This document shows positions 11,046 through 20,535 of a stretch of 64,000 nt of DNA, in pieces. The notes beneath the pieces are model-generated. The model was not told the origin of the DNA. It ran no database searches and was given only the letters and a program-made list of their open reading frames with translations. The stretch's first letter is position 1. The number at the start of each line of letters is the position of its first letter. Both the position numbers and the translations under genes were made by a program. This DNA comes from an uncultured archaeon (GTDB lineage Archaea; Thermoplasmatota; Thermoplasmata; Thermoplasmatales; Thermoplasmataceae): assembly GCA_000965745.1 (NCBI GenBank), contig CP009479.1:256001-320000 (forward strand), given 5' to 3'.

Positions 11046-12455
11046 TCACGAACTCCTGACAAGAGATGTGAAAACCCCAGCAAGGCTCAGTATTCCGGAA
11101 AGGAGCATCACGGTCCTGAGTCCGGTCATGAAGCCTGTAACGTCCACCGCCGACAGGTTTGAGTTTATTCCTGAGAAGAGTTCCAGAAGCATGGTTCTGG
11201 GCATGGCTTCCGCCAGCAGAGTGCTCATCACTGCCAGGCTCATCAGTTGACCTACGAACCTCATGGTGCCGAGAGTGCCTGAAGCTGTGCCTGAATATTT
11301 GCGATCCACCGAACCCATGACTGAATTGGTGTTTGGTGCTGAAAAAAGGCCGAAGCCTACACCTATTACGCCAAGTGGCCAGATCATCCCTGTAGGGGTG
11401 ATTCTACCTATGTCGAAGTATATCCCGAAAAATGCAGCGGAAATAATCAGCATCCCCATGGAGGACAGGGCCCGTGATCCAAAGCGGTCCGACAATCTTC
11501 CGCTTATTGGTGAAAAAATGACCATTAGAATGGGTTCCACGGTAAGTATGAGTCCCGATTCCGAAGGCGACAGGCCTGCTATAACCGAGAAATAAATTGA
11601 GAAAACAAAAACTATAGCAAATGTGCTTATGTAATTGAGGAAAGCCGTGAAGTTTGCTGCAGAGAACGTCCTGTTCCTTGTAAACAGCCTCATGTCAAGT
11701 ATCGGTTCCTCTTTCCTTCTTTCAAAGAGAACGAAAAGCACAAGTACAAGAAGGCCGAATCCCAGGAGATAAATCGTTGCTGTGAACCCGTAAACTTCGC
11801 TAAAACTCAGGTAAAGGACTATTGAAAGTATGGCTATAAGAAAAAGGGCGAAACCAAGGTAGTCTATGCTCCTAGCCGCAGTAGGAACATCAACTTTCCT
11901 GAGGAACGCATAAACCGGGATGAGTGAGAGAAAAGCAAAGGCTGCGACTACGTAGAAGAGGGATTGCCAGCCGAGAAACTCGACAAGAACCCCGGCGAGT
12001 ATTGGTCCGGTAGTGAGCCCGAGATATACTGACATGGCATTGATTCCCAGTGCACCTCCTCTTGCATCCGGAGGATACACTGAACTGACAATGGCAGTTC
12101 CGTTTACCGATAGAAGAGAGCCGCCAACGCCCATAACGAGTGTGGAAAATATGAGGAAATACACTGAGTTGGAAAATATTGACAATACTCCTCCTGCTCC
12201 AAAGACAAGGAAACCGAGCATGTAGAATCTTGGCCTGCCAAATATGTCTGAAAGCTTGCCGAAGAGTATCATGAGGGAAGGGAGTGCTATGAGGTACGCC
12301 ATTGGCACCCAGACCATAAGAGTGAATGAAGCCTTGAGAAAATGTCCGATCTCCGGAACAGAGAATGAAATAACACTACTGGTGAAAGGTGGTATGAAGG
12401 CACCAAGAGAAGTTGCAAATAGAACCTTGGGGTTCGAATACCTGCTCATCAGCAT
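11046..12455 (-). CDS. EmrB/QacA-type (DHA2) MFS efflux transporter
   Basis: GKLSDIFGR and GRLSDRFGSR motifs, about 14 TM, EEPILDMRLF. Confidence 0.9.
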   Translation of the reverse strand: MLMSRYSNPKVLFATSLGAFIPPFTSSVISFSVPEIGHFLKASFTLMVWVPMAYLIALPSLMILFGKLSDIFGRPRFYMLGFLVFGAGGVLSIFSNSVYFLIFSTLVMGVGGSLLSVNGTAIVSSVYPPDARGGALGINAMSVYLGLTTGPILAGVLVEFLGWQSLFYVVAAFAFLSLIPVYAFLRKVDVPTAARSIDYLGFALFLIAILSIVLYLSFSEVYGFTATIYLLGFGLLVLVLFVLFERRKEEPILDMRLFTRNRTFSAANFTAFLNYISTFAIVFVFSIYFSVIAGLSPSESGLILTVEPILMVIFSPISGRLSDRFGSRALSSMGMLIISAAFFGIYFDIGRITPTGMIWPLGVIGVGFGLFSAPNTNSVMGSVDRKYSGTASGTLGTMRFVGQLMSLAVMSTLLAEAMPRTMLLELFSGINSNLSAVDVTGFMTGLRTVMLLSGILSLAGVFTSLVRSS

Positions 12456-13143
12456 TTTTCCGTGATTTTACGGATCTGCTGTACAGATTATAACGTTTTT
12501 TATTACACCGAAACAAAAGGGCAACGCCCTTGATACATTTCCACTGACCAGCCTGTTCCCTTTAATCGATGCCTATTTTCCTCACGTTTTGGTCATAGAT
12601 ATGAAGAGATTTTCTATTATCGACATTTCTCTTGCGAATTGTATCCAGAAGATTCAATTGAAATACAAAAACTGTCGTGAAAAACACTCAACTTCTGAAG
12701 GTTTCTGGATTGTAAACTTCAAAAGAGTGCCGAATTCCAAGGCAATGACTCGCTTCACCATCATTTGTTCCTAAACAAGAGGCAAATGCTCAAAACCAAC
12801 AAAATAAAACCAGTAATGATGAGGGGTATCAGGATTTCATAAGTTGGATATACAGGGCATGCATACCATGTAGAAAGGTTTTATCGAGTGTAGGTCCATC
12901 CAAAATACACGCTGTTGGAGTATTAATTTCTGACCTCCTATTAAGGCTGACCCTATCGAAGCCAGGATGGTTCCAATATGTGTCCTTTGAAAGCTCATAA
13001 CAATATTTTCTTCTTTGTTATAACTAGACTGCCCATATTTTGTTCTATCTGCAGATTGAAGTGTCCGCTTCATAAGGAGCAAACTGGACGAATTCGCCGG
13101 AAGCAACGATGCACAATTGATAGTAGAGCCAAAAAAAAGCTAA

Positions 13144-13187
13144 GAGAGCCAATAGAGGGTTTTGAACCCCCGACCTGCTGATTACGA
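13144..13187 (-). repeat. att-like copy of the tRNA-Thr 3' half
   Basis: 38/44 identical to 17842-17885; similarity ends in the anticodon loop. Confidence 0.85.
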
Positions 13188-13464
13188 ATTACATCAAATG
13201 CTTCCTTTGGCAAGTGCAAATAAGACTTGATGATGGGCGACCCCGCTACGCGGATGGAGGTAAGTACTCTGAAATGATGTGTCGACCTTTTTTCATTTGC
13301 ACCGATAGTGAACCAACCTAAATTGTTAGGCTGAAGATATAACTCGGTCAGCTTATTGATATAAATAGTGATTTCGCAAACCTTAGCTCAAGTCCCTATC
13401 GCGATCTCTTATCGGATCAAGGGATGCGATGCGCCTGGAAGGTTTGCAGAAAGGAGTGGTTAAA

Positions 13465-13851
13465 ATGCGGATTGCAAAGGAAGATGTTGACGTTAGGATG
13501 GAAATTCCCGGAGTTGTAGTAAGGCAGAAGAAAGAGTTTGGAGATGTTAGTGACTACCATAAGATCAGCGGTGAGTATTTCACTCTTGCAGCAGGAGTAG
13601 ATACTACTGAACTTTTTCAAGGGTTGGAAGGAAACCTTTGCCAAAGCCCTCATTGGGGATTTGTGTTACGCGGTAAAATTACTACTACAGACTCGTCCGG
13701 CGAAAAAGAGACAGTCCATGAGAATGACCTTTTTTACTGGCCTCCGGGACATAACGTAAAGGTCGATGATGATGCTGAGATAATCATGTTTAGTCCTCAG
13801 GATGAGCACAGCGAGGTCATAGAACACATGATCGCAAAGACCACACGTTAG
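13465..13851 (+). CDS. Cupin-fold protein
   Basis: CQSPHWGFVLRG...DLFYWPPGHN cupin motifs; AGGAG RBS before ATG 13465. Confidence 0.8.
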   Translation: MRIAKEDVDVRMEIPGVVVRQKKEFGDVSDYHKISGEYFTLAAGVDTTELFQGLEGNLCQSPHWGFVLRGKITTTDSSGEKETVHENDLFYWPPGHNVKVDDDAEIIMFSPQDEHSEVIEHMIAKTTR

Positions 13852-14116
13852 GTCTCTGTGTAAATTATCAAAATAAGAGTTATGATCTTCCCATCCATTC
13901 AGGGCATGGCCTGAGAAATTGAAGTGTGTCAGGACTATCCTCTGGTATGGGTGGATGAAATTCCATTCAATGTTCCATATTGCTGAGCTTATGCACTGTT
14001 ACTAATACATCGGTGGGCAGAAGTCGACTCGTCATGTTTATGAAAAGCACTTGAAATTCTGCAACATCCAAGAAGTTTACTTCGGAAACAGTTCATAAGT
14101 CCAATATGCCCAAAAA

Positions 14117-14199
14117 GAGGCCACTGTAGGGGTTTGAACCACAACATGCCTATTACCAGCTAAATCTGGATGCTTCATTTGACAAGTGTAATTGCAGAC
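14117..14199 (-). repeat. Second, more decayed att copy with the same flanking arm
   Basis: GCCACTGTAGGGGTTTGAACC...TATTAC followed by ATGCTTCATTTGACAAGTGTAA, matching ATGCTTCCTTTGGCAAGTGCAA at 13198-13219. Confidence 0.7.
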
Positions 14200-14291
14200 G
14201 ATGAGATGCATAATTTCCCGTAAGATTATGTTAGATATTCACACCTGATTATACTCATTAGTTCTGTTGCCACTCCACAACAAGCAGGATG

Positions 14292-15227
14292 TCAAAAATT
14301 GTAAATTAACCGCACGCCAGTTTCAATTATTTTGTAACCAAGATTTTGACAAAGACTTATTGCAGCTTTATTTTCAGAGTCAACAAAAAGTGTAACAATT
14401 TTAGCATGGGATAGTGCAAGGTCGGTGAATTCCGAAACAATCTCTCTCGAATAGCCCCTTCTCCTATAATTGGGTAATGTTTCTACACCTGAAATGATCC
14501 AATTATGAGTTGCACGAGCATGAATTTGACCAACAGAGGCAAGTTCTCCATTATCTGCAAATATTCCGAATACAATTTCCTTTTCCAGGAAATCACCGGC
14601 TATTCTGATTTTCTCTGCTGTGACATTTCCATTTTCTTGATTTTGGAATGCTGCGTAGTCCAAAGCGTTCTTCCTGCTCAATCTCACTGCTCTTTTTGAA
14701 TTTGCTATACCTACTCGATTGTCAGAGAAGGCCATTATTAGTTCAGTTTCCACTTCGCACTTTTGAAGATACGATTTCAGAATGTCCGAATTCAATTAAT
14801 CGGTAGTTATAATTGAATGTTTCTTTGGAATCAGCTTTACATGAGATGGAATTGCAATTTTGTCGGAATGAGTATAGACCCAAAACAAGTTGTCTTCGAT
14901 TGCGTCAAACATAAAGAGGTATCCAATTACTTTCTCATCTTTATAAGAAACGTAGAGGTGTGCTCTCTCGTTGAAATCATCCTTGCAAAAATACAGCGTA
15001 TATGTACCTTTAACCGGGTCGTTCGTTATGATATAGCCTTCCAAGTCTTTTGACACATGTCTGACCTCCGTTGTAGTTACGCTGCATGCATCAACCATAC
15101 ATTCACGATCAATGAAAGCATTCAAGATGGAAATATCTTCTTGCAATGAGAAGGCGATAATTCTATGAGATCTATGCAAAGCACCATTCATGCCCCTTAA
15201 GCCATGATTTCTCATCTTCTCCACCAC
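14292..15227 (-). pseudogene. GNAT acetyltransferase interrupted by an in-frame stop
   Basis: ORFs 14796-15227 and 14292-14795 share a frame, separated only by TAA (IITTD*LNSD); C-terminal VETLPNYRRRGYS...N.AAISL..NLGY motif. True start uncertain. Confidence 0.7.
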
Positions 15228-15344
15228 CTTTCTTGGCAGTGTTATTAGAAAAGAAGTTCCCCTTTTTGAAACGTGAGAAACGTCAATAAGTTCCTTTTCT
15301 GATATAGTTGGTAATATTACAATAAAATAAAGAAGTTTCAGGAA

Positions 15345-16121
15345 TTAGTAGGCTTGTACAAGCGAAAGGCTTGAGAGGGATTTGACAACCAAGCTTCTGT
15401 CATTATCACCATTATTATTTGAAGACTCATTTTCTCTGTATTCTCCATATAGTGCTATGAATTTTTCATCACATGTATAGAAATTTATCTCTGAATACAT
15501 GTCTTCTTTGGAGCCCAGAGCCAATATCACTATGAGCTCTGAGAGTATCTCTTTGTCTTTTCCGTGTCCATTCTCGTTAAAAAATTTTGAAATTGAACCA
15601 CCCTCAATCGCTTTTCTCAGCTTAGTTGAATCTTCAAGCTTTGCCTTAGAATCAATAGTGGGAAATAGAGCAGTTATCCTAATCATTATGCTGTGATTAT
15701 TGTCGCTAGCTAGATGTAATAAGTCCTCCTGAATTTCATCGAAGGACATACCCATAAGTGTGTTGCTAATGCTGTTAAAAGCAGACAAAACAAACTCTAC
15801 TCTATTTTTCTTTATGATTTCTCTGTCTTCTGCTAGCATTTTCTCGATATCTACCAATGCCTTGGCCTTTCCTCTGATATCAAGTGCGTCCCAACCTCTA
15901 TTAGATCTTTCAAGATGCTTAAGATGGTCTCTTACCTTTGCTGATAAAAGTGCAAATGCTTCAGCGAGAATCTCTTCGATTTCTACCAACACTCTGCGAC
16001 TCAACTTGATTTGTCGACTCTTAAAATCAGAAATGAACTCCAAAGCTTTCTTGTGTCTCTTCCTGTTCAGATAAACTGCGTCAAATGCTATGTTTGTATC
16101 TATGAATTTTCCGTCTGTTAT
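15345..16121 (-). CDS. PIN-domain protein
   Basis: The frame extends upstream of the track start: ITDGKFIDTNIAFDAVYLNRKRHKKALEF (PIN DTN motif); C-terminal GKDKEI and FYTCDEKF. Confidence 0.75.
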   Translation of the reverse strand: MTDGKFIDTNIAFDAVYLNRKRHKKALEFISDFKSRQIKLSRRVLVEIEEILAEAFALLSAKVRDHLKHLERSNRGWDALDIRGKAKALVDIEKMLAEDREIIKKNRVEFVLSAFNSISNTLMGMSFDEIQEDLLHLASDNNHSIMIRITALFPTIDSKAKLEDSTKLRKAIEGGSISKFFNENGHGKDKEILSELIVILALGSKEDMYSEINFYTCDEKFIALYGEYRENESSNNNGDNDRSLVVKSLSSLSLVQAY

Positions 16122-16133
16122 TAGGACCCCCCC

Positions 16134-16847
16134 TCAATCAGGTATTGGCGGAATCTCTTTCAACCTTTCAACAAACTCTTTTCTTCCTTTAGAAAATTTC
16201 TCGGTTTCCCCTAATGACATTAATCTTAGCTCTGCAAACCGTCTTATCATAATTAGTTCATCCAGCTCATCCTTAACATAGGCGTAGATGATTACCTGAT
16301 AAATGAAAGATGCAAAAGAAAGAATTACTTTTTCTTCGACGCTCAGTTTGTTTGTTTTTGACAGAGCAAATGCTATGCTTCTCAAAAGATTTGTATACAG
16401 ATCGTAGTATGAAAGGAATAGTGCATCGTTAGTGTTCCAGGTTTCCTTCTCTTTAATATCTTTTAGGACCTCCGGTCTAAGCTTTTCGAGATTGGAAATT
16501 GATTCAATCACATAGTCTCTCCAAAGTTCGTTCTTTTCCTTTTCCGACATATCCTGCAGAAACTGATCCACATAATCGAATCTGTCATCTAATTCTTTTA
16601 TCTTCTCTTCATAATCATCAAGAATGGATTCGTTAGGTTCCTCAAATGATACTTCTGTTCTCATCAATTCAAGCATTATGCCAGCCAAGTTTTCATAGAC
16701 TGTTGTGCTCTTTTTAACGTAGTCTCTAATCAAGTCTTTGACGACTTTCCTCGCAATGTGGTCCCTCTTCATTTTCCTTTCAATTGAGTTTAGAGGCTTT
16801 GGGACTATTAAGCTTCTAAAATACTCATTATTACTAAGGACGGACAT
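16134..16847 (-). CDS. Hypothetical helical protein upstream of the PIN gene
   Basis: 238-codon ORF from MSVLSNNE, charged and helical, island codon style. Confidence 0.7.
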   Translation of the reverse strand: MSVLSNNEYFRSLIVPKPLNSIERKMKRDHIARKVVKDLIRDYVKKSTTVYENLAGIMLELMRTEVSFEEPNESILDDYEEKIKELDDRFDYVDQFLQDMSEKEKNELWRDYVIESISNLEKLRPEVLKDIKEKETWNTNDALFLSYYDLYTNLLRSIAFALSKTNKLSVEEKVILSFASFIYQVIIYAYVKDELDELIMIRRFAELRLMSLGETEKFSKGRKEFVERLKEIPPIPD

Positions 16848-17151
16848 TCCTACTACATGCATATTAATCGATCTATTTACTTTAACCTTTTCACATAATG
16901 TTATCATGCGAAACCTAAGAACTCCTTTGTGGCAATACAAGATAACCATTTTCTTCGTCTTAACTTATTGGGTCCTTGACCCTATTTTATACCTTCATTT
17001 TGGGAATGCTGACATATCCGGGGCTTCAAATGAGAACAAACGGCTTGTATTCTTTGCTGGGCCCTTCAGTTTCTCATAGGATTTTAATGCAGGAACTCCT
17101 TTTTTCGAGGCTCTAAAGGATGCTATTCTAAGTGGCAATTTCTGGATACCT

Positions 17152-17487
17152 TTGGCAGTTATACTCGCCGCTGAATTGATAGTACCTCATGGTTTCAAAA
17201 TTGGTTACCTAAAGTTTTCAATGGGAACTTCATATTTGTACGCCGTCATTTCGTCTTACCTTGTGTCTGCTTCCTACTGGCATTATTATTATAAGCATAC
17301 ACCTTCTCCCGGGACTTCCATCATAGCGTTTTCATTGGTTATTGTGTACTGGTTTTTTTCCATGTTACTGTTTACAACAAGGATCAGAACTGGTAGAACA
17401 CTGCAAGAATTCTTGAAAATTCTTAGGAGGTGTATTGTTATCTTTTTCAGGAATTTATATTGCATTCTTTGGATATATTTCTGGTAA
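17152..17487 (+). CDS. Hydrophobic ORF, probably a fragment of a decayed membrane-protein gene
   Basis: TM-like segments, TTG start, hydrophobic coding-like sequence on both sides. Confidence 0.35.
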   Translation: MAVILAAELIVPHGFKIGYLKFSMGTSYLYAVISSYLVSASYWHYYYKHTPSPGTSIIAFSLVIVYWFFSMLLFTTRIRTGRTLQEFLKILRRCIVIFFRNLYCILWIYFW

Positions 17488-17844
17488 CGGAGCCGCCGTG
17501 CTTCATCTTCTTGGTTTTCTTTTCTTTGTTGTAATTACAGCATTTGCATCCCAGCTCTTAAAAATAAGAGGCCCAGATTTAGCAAAAAGGAAAAACTGAC
17601 ACGTTAAACGCATAATTGATTGTATCAAACTGCGAGATGCCCTTCTGAGTTCATAAGAAGCGATCCTATGCCATCTGGACACCTGAGTTGGTAGTTTGCC
17701 ATGTGGATTATCCAGAAGTGAGATGAGGGGAAAACTGACATCAAATTGTTTTTCAAAGCTACAAAAAGGTGAGAAGCTCCTGATTCCTCTTCTGTATTTA
17801 AATGACCACAGATATGATCCAATTAATTACATGAGTTAATAGAG

Positions 17845-17917
17845 AGCCACTGGAGGGTTTCGATCCCCCGGCCTGCTGATTACAAGTCAGCTGCTCTGCC
17901 AGCTGAGCTACAGTGGC
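17845..17917 (-). tRNA. tRNA-Thr(UGU)
   Basis: GCCACTG TA GCTC AGCTGGCA GAGC A GCTGA CTTGTAA TCAGC AGGCC GGGGG ATCGAAA CCCTC CAGTGGC T; full cloverleaf, CCA not encoded. Confidence 0.96.
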
Positions 17918-18007
17918 TGGTTGCCCTGTGGGCAAATAGGGTTAATCCCCTACTCAATTAAAATTTTCCCATAGTCACCGATTTTTTAAAGAAAGAGATG
18001 AGGGGCG

Positions 18008-19996
18008 TCATTTCCCCTTGAATTCAGGATCCCTCTTTTCCAGGAACGCTGAAATACCTTCCTTCAGATCGTCTGTGCCATAGAGCAGGCCCATGGCAAT
18101 TGATTCCATCTCAAGGCCGTTGTCCATGGAAATCTCACTCCCCTTGTTTATAAGCCTCTTTGCCAGTGCTGCGGCAGGAGGCGAGACCCTCCTGGCAAGG
18201 TCTGACGCAAACCTGATCGTTTCTTCGTCAACCGATTCCTTGGGAAACAGCCTGGACACAAGGCCAATCTCATTCGCTTCCCTGCCGGTCATGTACTCAG
18301 TTGTCAGAATATAATATAGAGCTCTGGACATGCCGACCAGTTTACTGAGCCTCTGTGACCCTCCCCACCCGGGGAGAAGCCCGCGTTTCAGTTCCGGAAA
18401 GCCAATCTGCGCTTCATCCGTTGATACACGGATATCGCATCCGAGTGCCAGTTCAAACCCGCCGCCAAGGGCGTAGCCCTTTATCTCGGCGATCGTGATC
18501 TTCGGGATTTCAGAAAGCATCCTGAAAACACGCTCACCCCTCCTCGAGCTCTCGGTGAAGTCCAGGCCGCCTGCTATGAACTCCGACAGCTGTGCACCGG
18601 CAGAGAACCTTTCACCCTTGCCTGTCACGATTATCACGTTTACCTCCCTGTCATTCCACAGTTCCTTAATCGCCGCTTCAAGTTCGGAAATGACCTGAGA
18701 GCTGATCAGGTTATTCCTTGTGTTGTCAATGAGTATCCTCCTGACTTTCTCATCAACCTTCTCGATTTTCACCAGCTCTCCCGATACTGTTTCCTCAACG
18801 GGCTGGGTTTTAGCAGACTTAGCTTCTTCCTTTGCCACGTTTCCCTTTGTGATTATCTCCTTGAGCTTTCCTTCCTTTATGGACTGCGCGGGAGCAAAAA
18901 CATCCACGTTGAACTTCTTCTGGAGCTCCTCGAGCTTCCTTTTTATCTCCGCATTCGTAAGTCCCTTTGCAACGGTGATAGGGCCGAACGGCCTGTTCAT
19001 GCCAAGCCTGTACCCGGTTTCCACCTCTTCCGGGGTACTAATGCCTTCTTCAAGTACCTTGACTGCCTCGTTCACCTCAAGTGCCAGAACGTCCATCAGC
19101 TGCACCTTGTCGGTAGGGTCGGCCTTTGGCATCGCCGCCTTTCCTGAGCTCCAGTCGTAGAACCCCTTTCCGGTCTTGGCCCCCAAAAGGCCTTTTTCAA
19201 CCATTTCACCGTATATCCTGCACTTTCCGTAGTCGGGCGAAAGCTCCTTTGCGTAATATTCGAGGGAGTGCACTACGGTGTCGATTCCAACATAATCCAT
19301 CAGCTCGTATGGCCCCATCGGAAGCCCCTGCCCCTTTGCGAATGCGTCAACTTCCTCCGGCTTAGCCATTCTGTTGTCGAGCACAAGGCAGAACATCAGT
19401 CCCTCCGGAGCGCTTATCCTGTTCACCACGAATCCTGCGGTATCCTTGAGCACTCTGACGGGGGTTTTGCCCACCCTCTTCACGATTTCCAGCGCGGTAT
19501 TGAATGTGTCATCTGAAGTATCCCGGCTCTTGATTACCTCCACCAGATTCATCAGCACGGGAGGGTTGAAGAAATGCAGGCCCACAACCTTGTCGGGCCT
19601 CGACGTAGCCCTGGCAATATCTGTTATCCTTATGTTTGAAGTGTTGGAGGCGAGTATAGTTCCCTTCCTGCAGAATTTGTCCAGATCGGAGAACACCTTT
19701 GTCTTAAGATCCAGTTTTTCCGGAACAGCCTCAATTACAAGGTCTGCGGAAGAGACCATGCTCTCCATATCTGATCCGAAGGACATGTTCCCGAGTGATG
19801 CCCTCATCTTTTCCCCGTCCAGCTTCCCGGACTTGACCAGCCTTTCCATGCTTTTCCTGATCTGTTCCTCTCCCTTCTTGAGGGCTTCCTCGAAAGAGTC
19901 GAGCAGATTTACCCTGTACCCTGAAAGTGCCAGTACCTCCGCGATGCCATGTCCCATGACACCGGCGCCGACTACGGTGATCTCCTTTACCTCCAC
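18008..19996 (-). CDS. 3-hydroxyacyl-CoA dehydrogenase / enoyl-CoA hydratase fusion
   Basis: GAGVMGHGIA, EAVPE, SNTS, GLHFFNP; C-terminal crotonase ALGGGFELALGCD, FPELKRG. Confidence 0.95.
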   Translation of the reverse strand: MEVKEITVVGAGVMGHGIAEVLALSGYRVNLLDSFEEALKKGEEQIRKSMERLVKSGKLDGEKMRASLGNMSFGSDMESMVSSADLVIEAVPEKLDLKTKVFSDLDKFCRKGTILASNTSNIRITDIARATSRPDKVVGLHFFNPPVLMNLVEVIKSRDTSDDTFNTALEIVKRVGKTPVRVLKDTAGFVVNRISAPEGLMFCLVLDNRMAKPEEVDAFAKGQGLPMGPYELMDYVGIDTVVHSLEYYAKELSPDYGKCRIYGEMVEKGLLGAKTGKGFYDWSSGKAAMPKADPTDKVQLMDVLALEVNEAVKVLEEGISTPEEVETGYRLGMNRPFGPITVAKGLTNAEIKRKLEELQKKFNVDVFAPAQSIKEGKLKEIITKGNVAKEEAKSAKTQPVEETVSGELVKIEKVDEKVRRILIDNTRNNLISSQVISELEAAIKELWNDREVNVIIVTGKGERFSAGAQLSEFIAGGLDFTESSRRGERVFRMLSEIPKITIAEIKGYALGGGFELALGCDIRVSTDEAQIGFPELKRGLLPGWGGSQRLSKLVGMSRALYYILTTEYMTGREANEIGLVSRLFPKESVDEETIRFASDLARRVSPPAAALAKRLINKGSEISMDNGLEMESIAMGLLYGTDDLKEGISAFLEKRDPEFKGK

Positions 19997-20000
19997 AGGA

Positions 20001-20336
20001 TCACTTCCTGGCCTTGTTTATGATGCTTGTGAGTTTCTGCGCGCTGAATACATCCCCTGATACTTTCAGCTTCCCGCTCATGAAAGCCTGGACGGGGTTG
20101 AGGTTACCCGAGAAAAGTTCGGAGAGGACTGAACCCGTTGCACTTATTGTGGCAGCTGCCGAAGATGATTTCCCGTCTTCCAGCGAAACTTTGCCCTTGT
20201 CTATTGAGACGTAGTATGGAGATTCGTCGGAAACATCAAACTGAAACGTCTTGGACCAGGAGGTGAGTTCCTTCAAAACCTCCGGTGAGCTATTTGCTTT
20301 TTCAACTATTGCTGCCAGGTCTTCCTTAGATGTCAT
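20001..20336 (-). CDS. SCP2 (sterol carrier protein 2-like) lipid-binding protein
   Basis: LFSGNLNPVQAFMSGKLKVSGD signature. Confidence 0.9.
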   Translation of the reverse strand: MTSKEDLAAIVEKANSSPEVLKELTSWSKTFQFDVSDESPYYVSIDKGKVSLEDGKSSSAAATISATGSVLSELFSGNLNPVQAFMSGKLKVSGDVFSAQKLTSIINKARK

Positions 20337-20535
20337 TGTACTCTAAAATGAATGGACAGTTATATATTTTGCAGATAATATTCGTGCTGGTCTGTGCCAT
20401 GCTTCGTTAAGCCCGGAGATCTGAGAAAGGCGAAAGCAGGTTCATGACAAAATGCCGGAATACGGGACTCTCTTTTTTATAATTGTTTGAAAATATCTGG
20501 GAACATATAAGTATATCTTCAAGCTATGCCAATTT

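Larger units (their letters stand above)
13144..17885. mobile_element. Decayed genomic island(s) integrated at tRNA-Thr
   Basis: Visibly AT-richer, bounded by the tRNA 3' half and its copy at 13144-13187, with a second copy inside; no intact integrase seen. Confidence 0.75.

Noticed and set aside
13227-13273. TTGATGA...CTGA resembling a C/D box sRNA
   Set aside because: The D'/C' boxes are poor and it lies in the element-derived arm next to an att site.
17500-17840. Stop-free frame next to the tRNA, possible integrase remnant
   Set aside because: No start and no convincing R-H-R-Y motifs.
19374-20060. Long antisense ORFs (also 27609-28241, 39797-40495, 48653-49369)
   Set aside because: Shadows of well-supported genes on the opposite strand.
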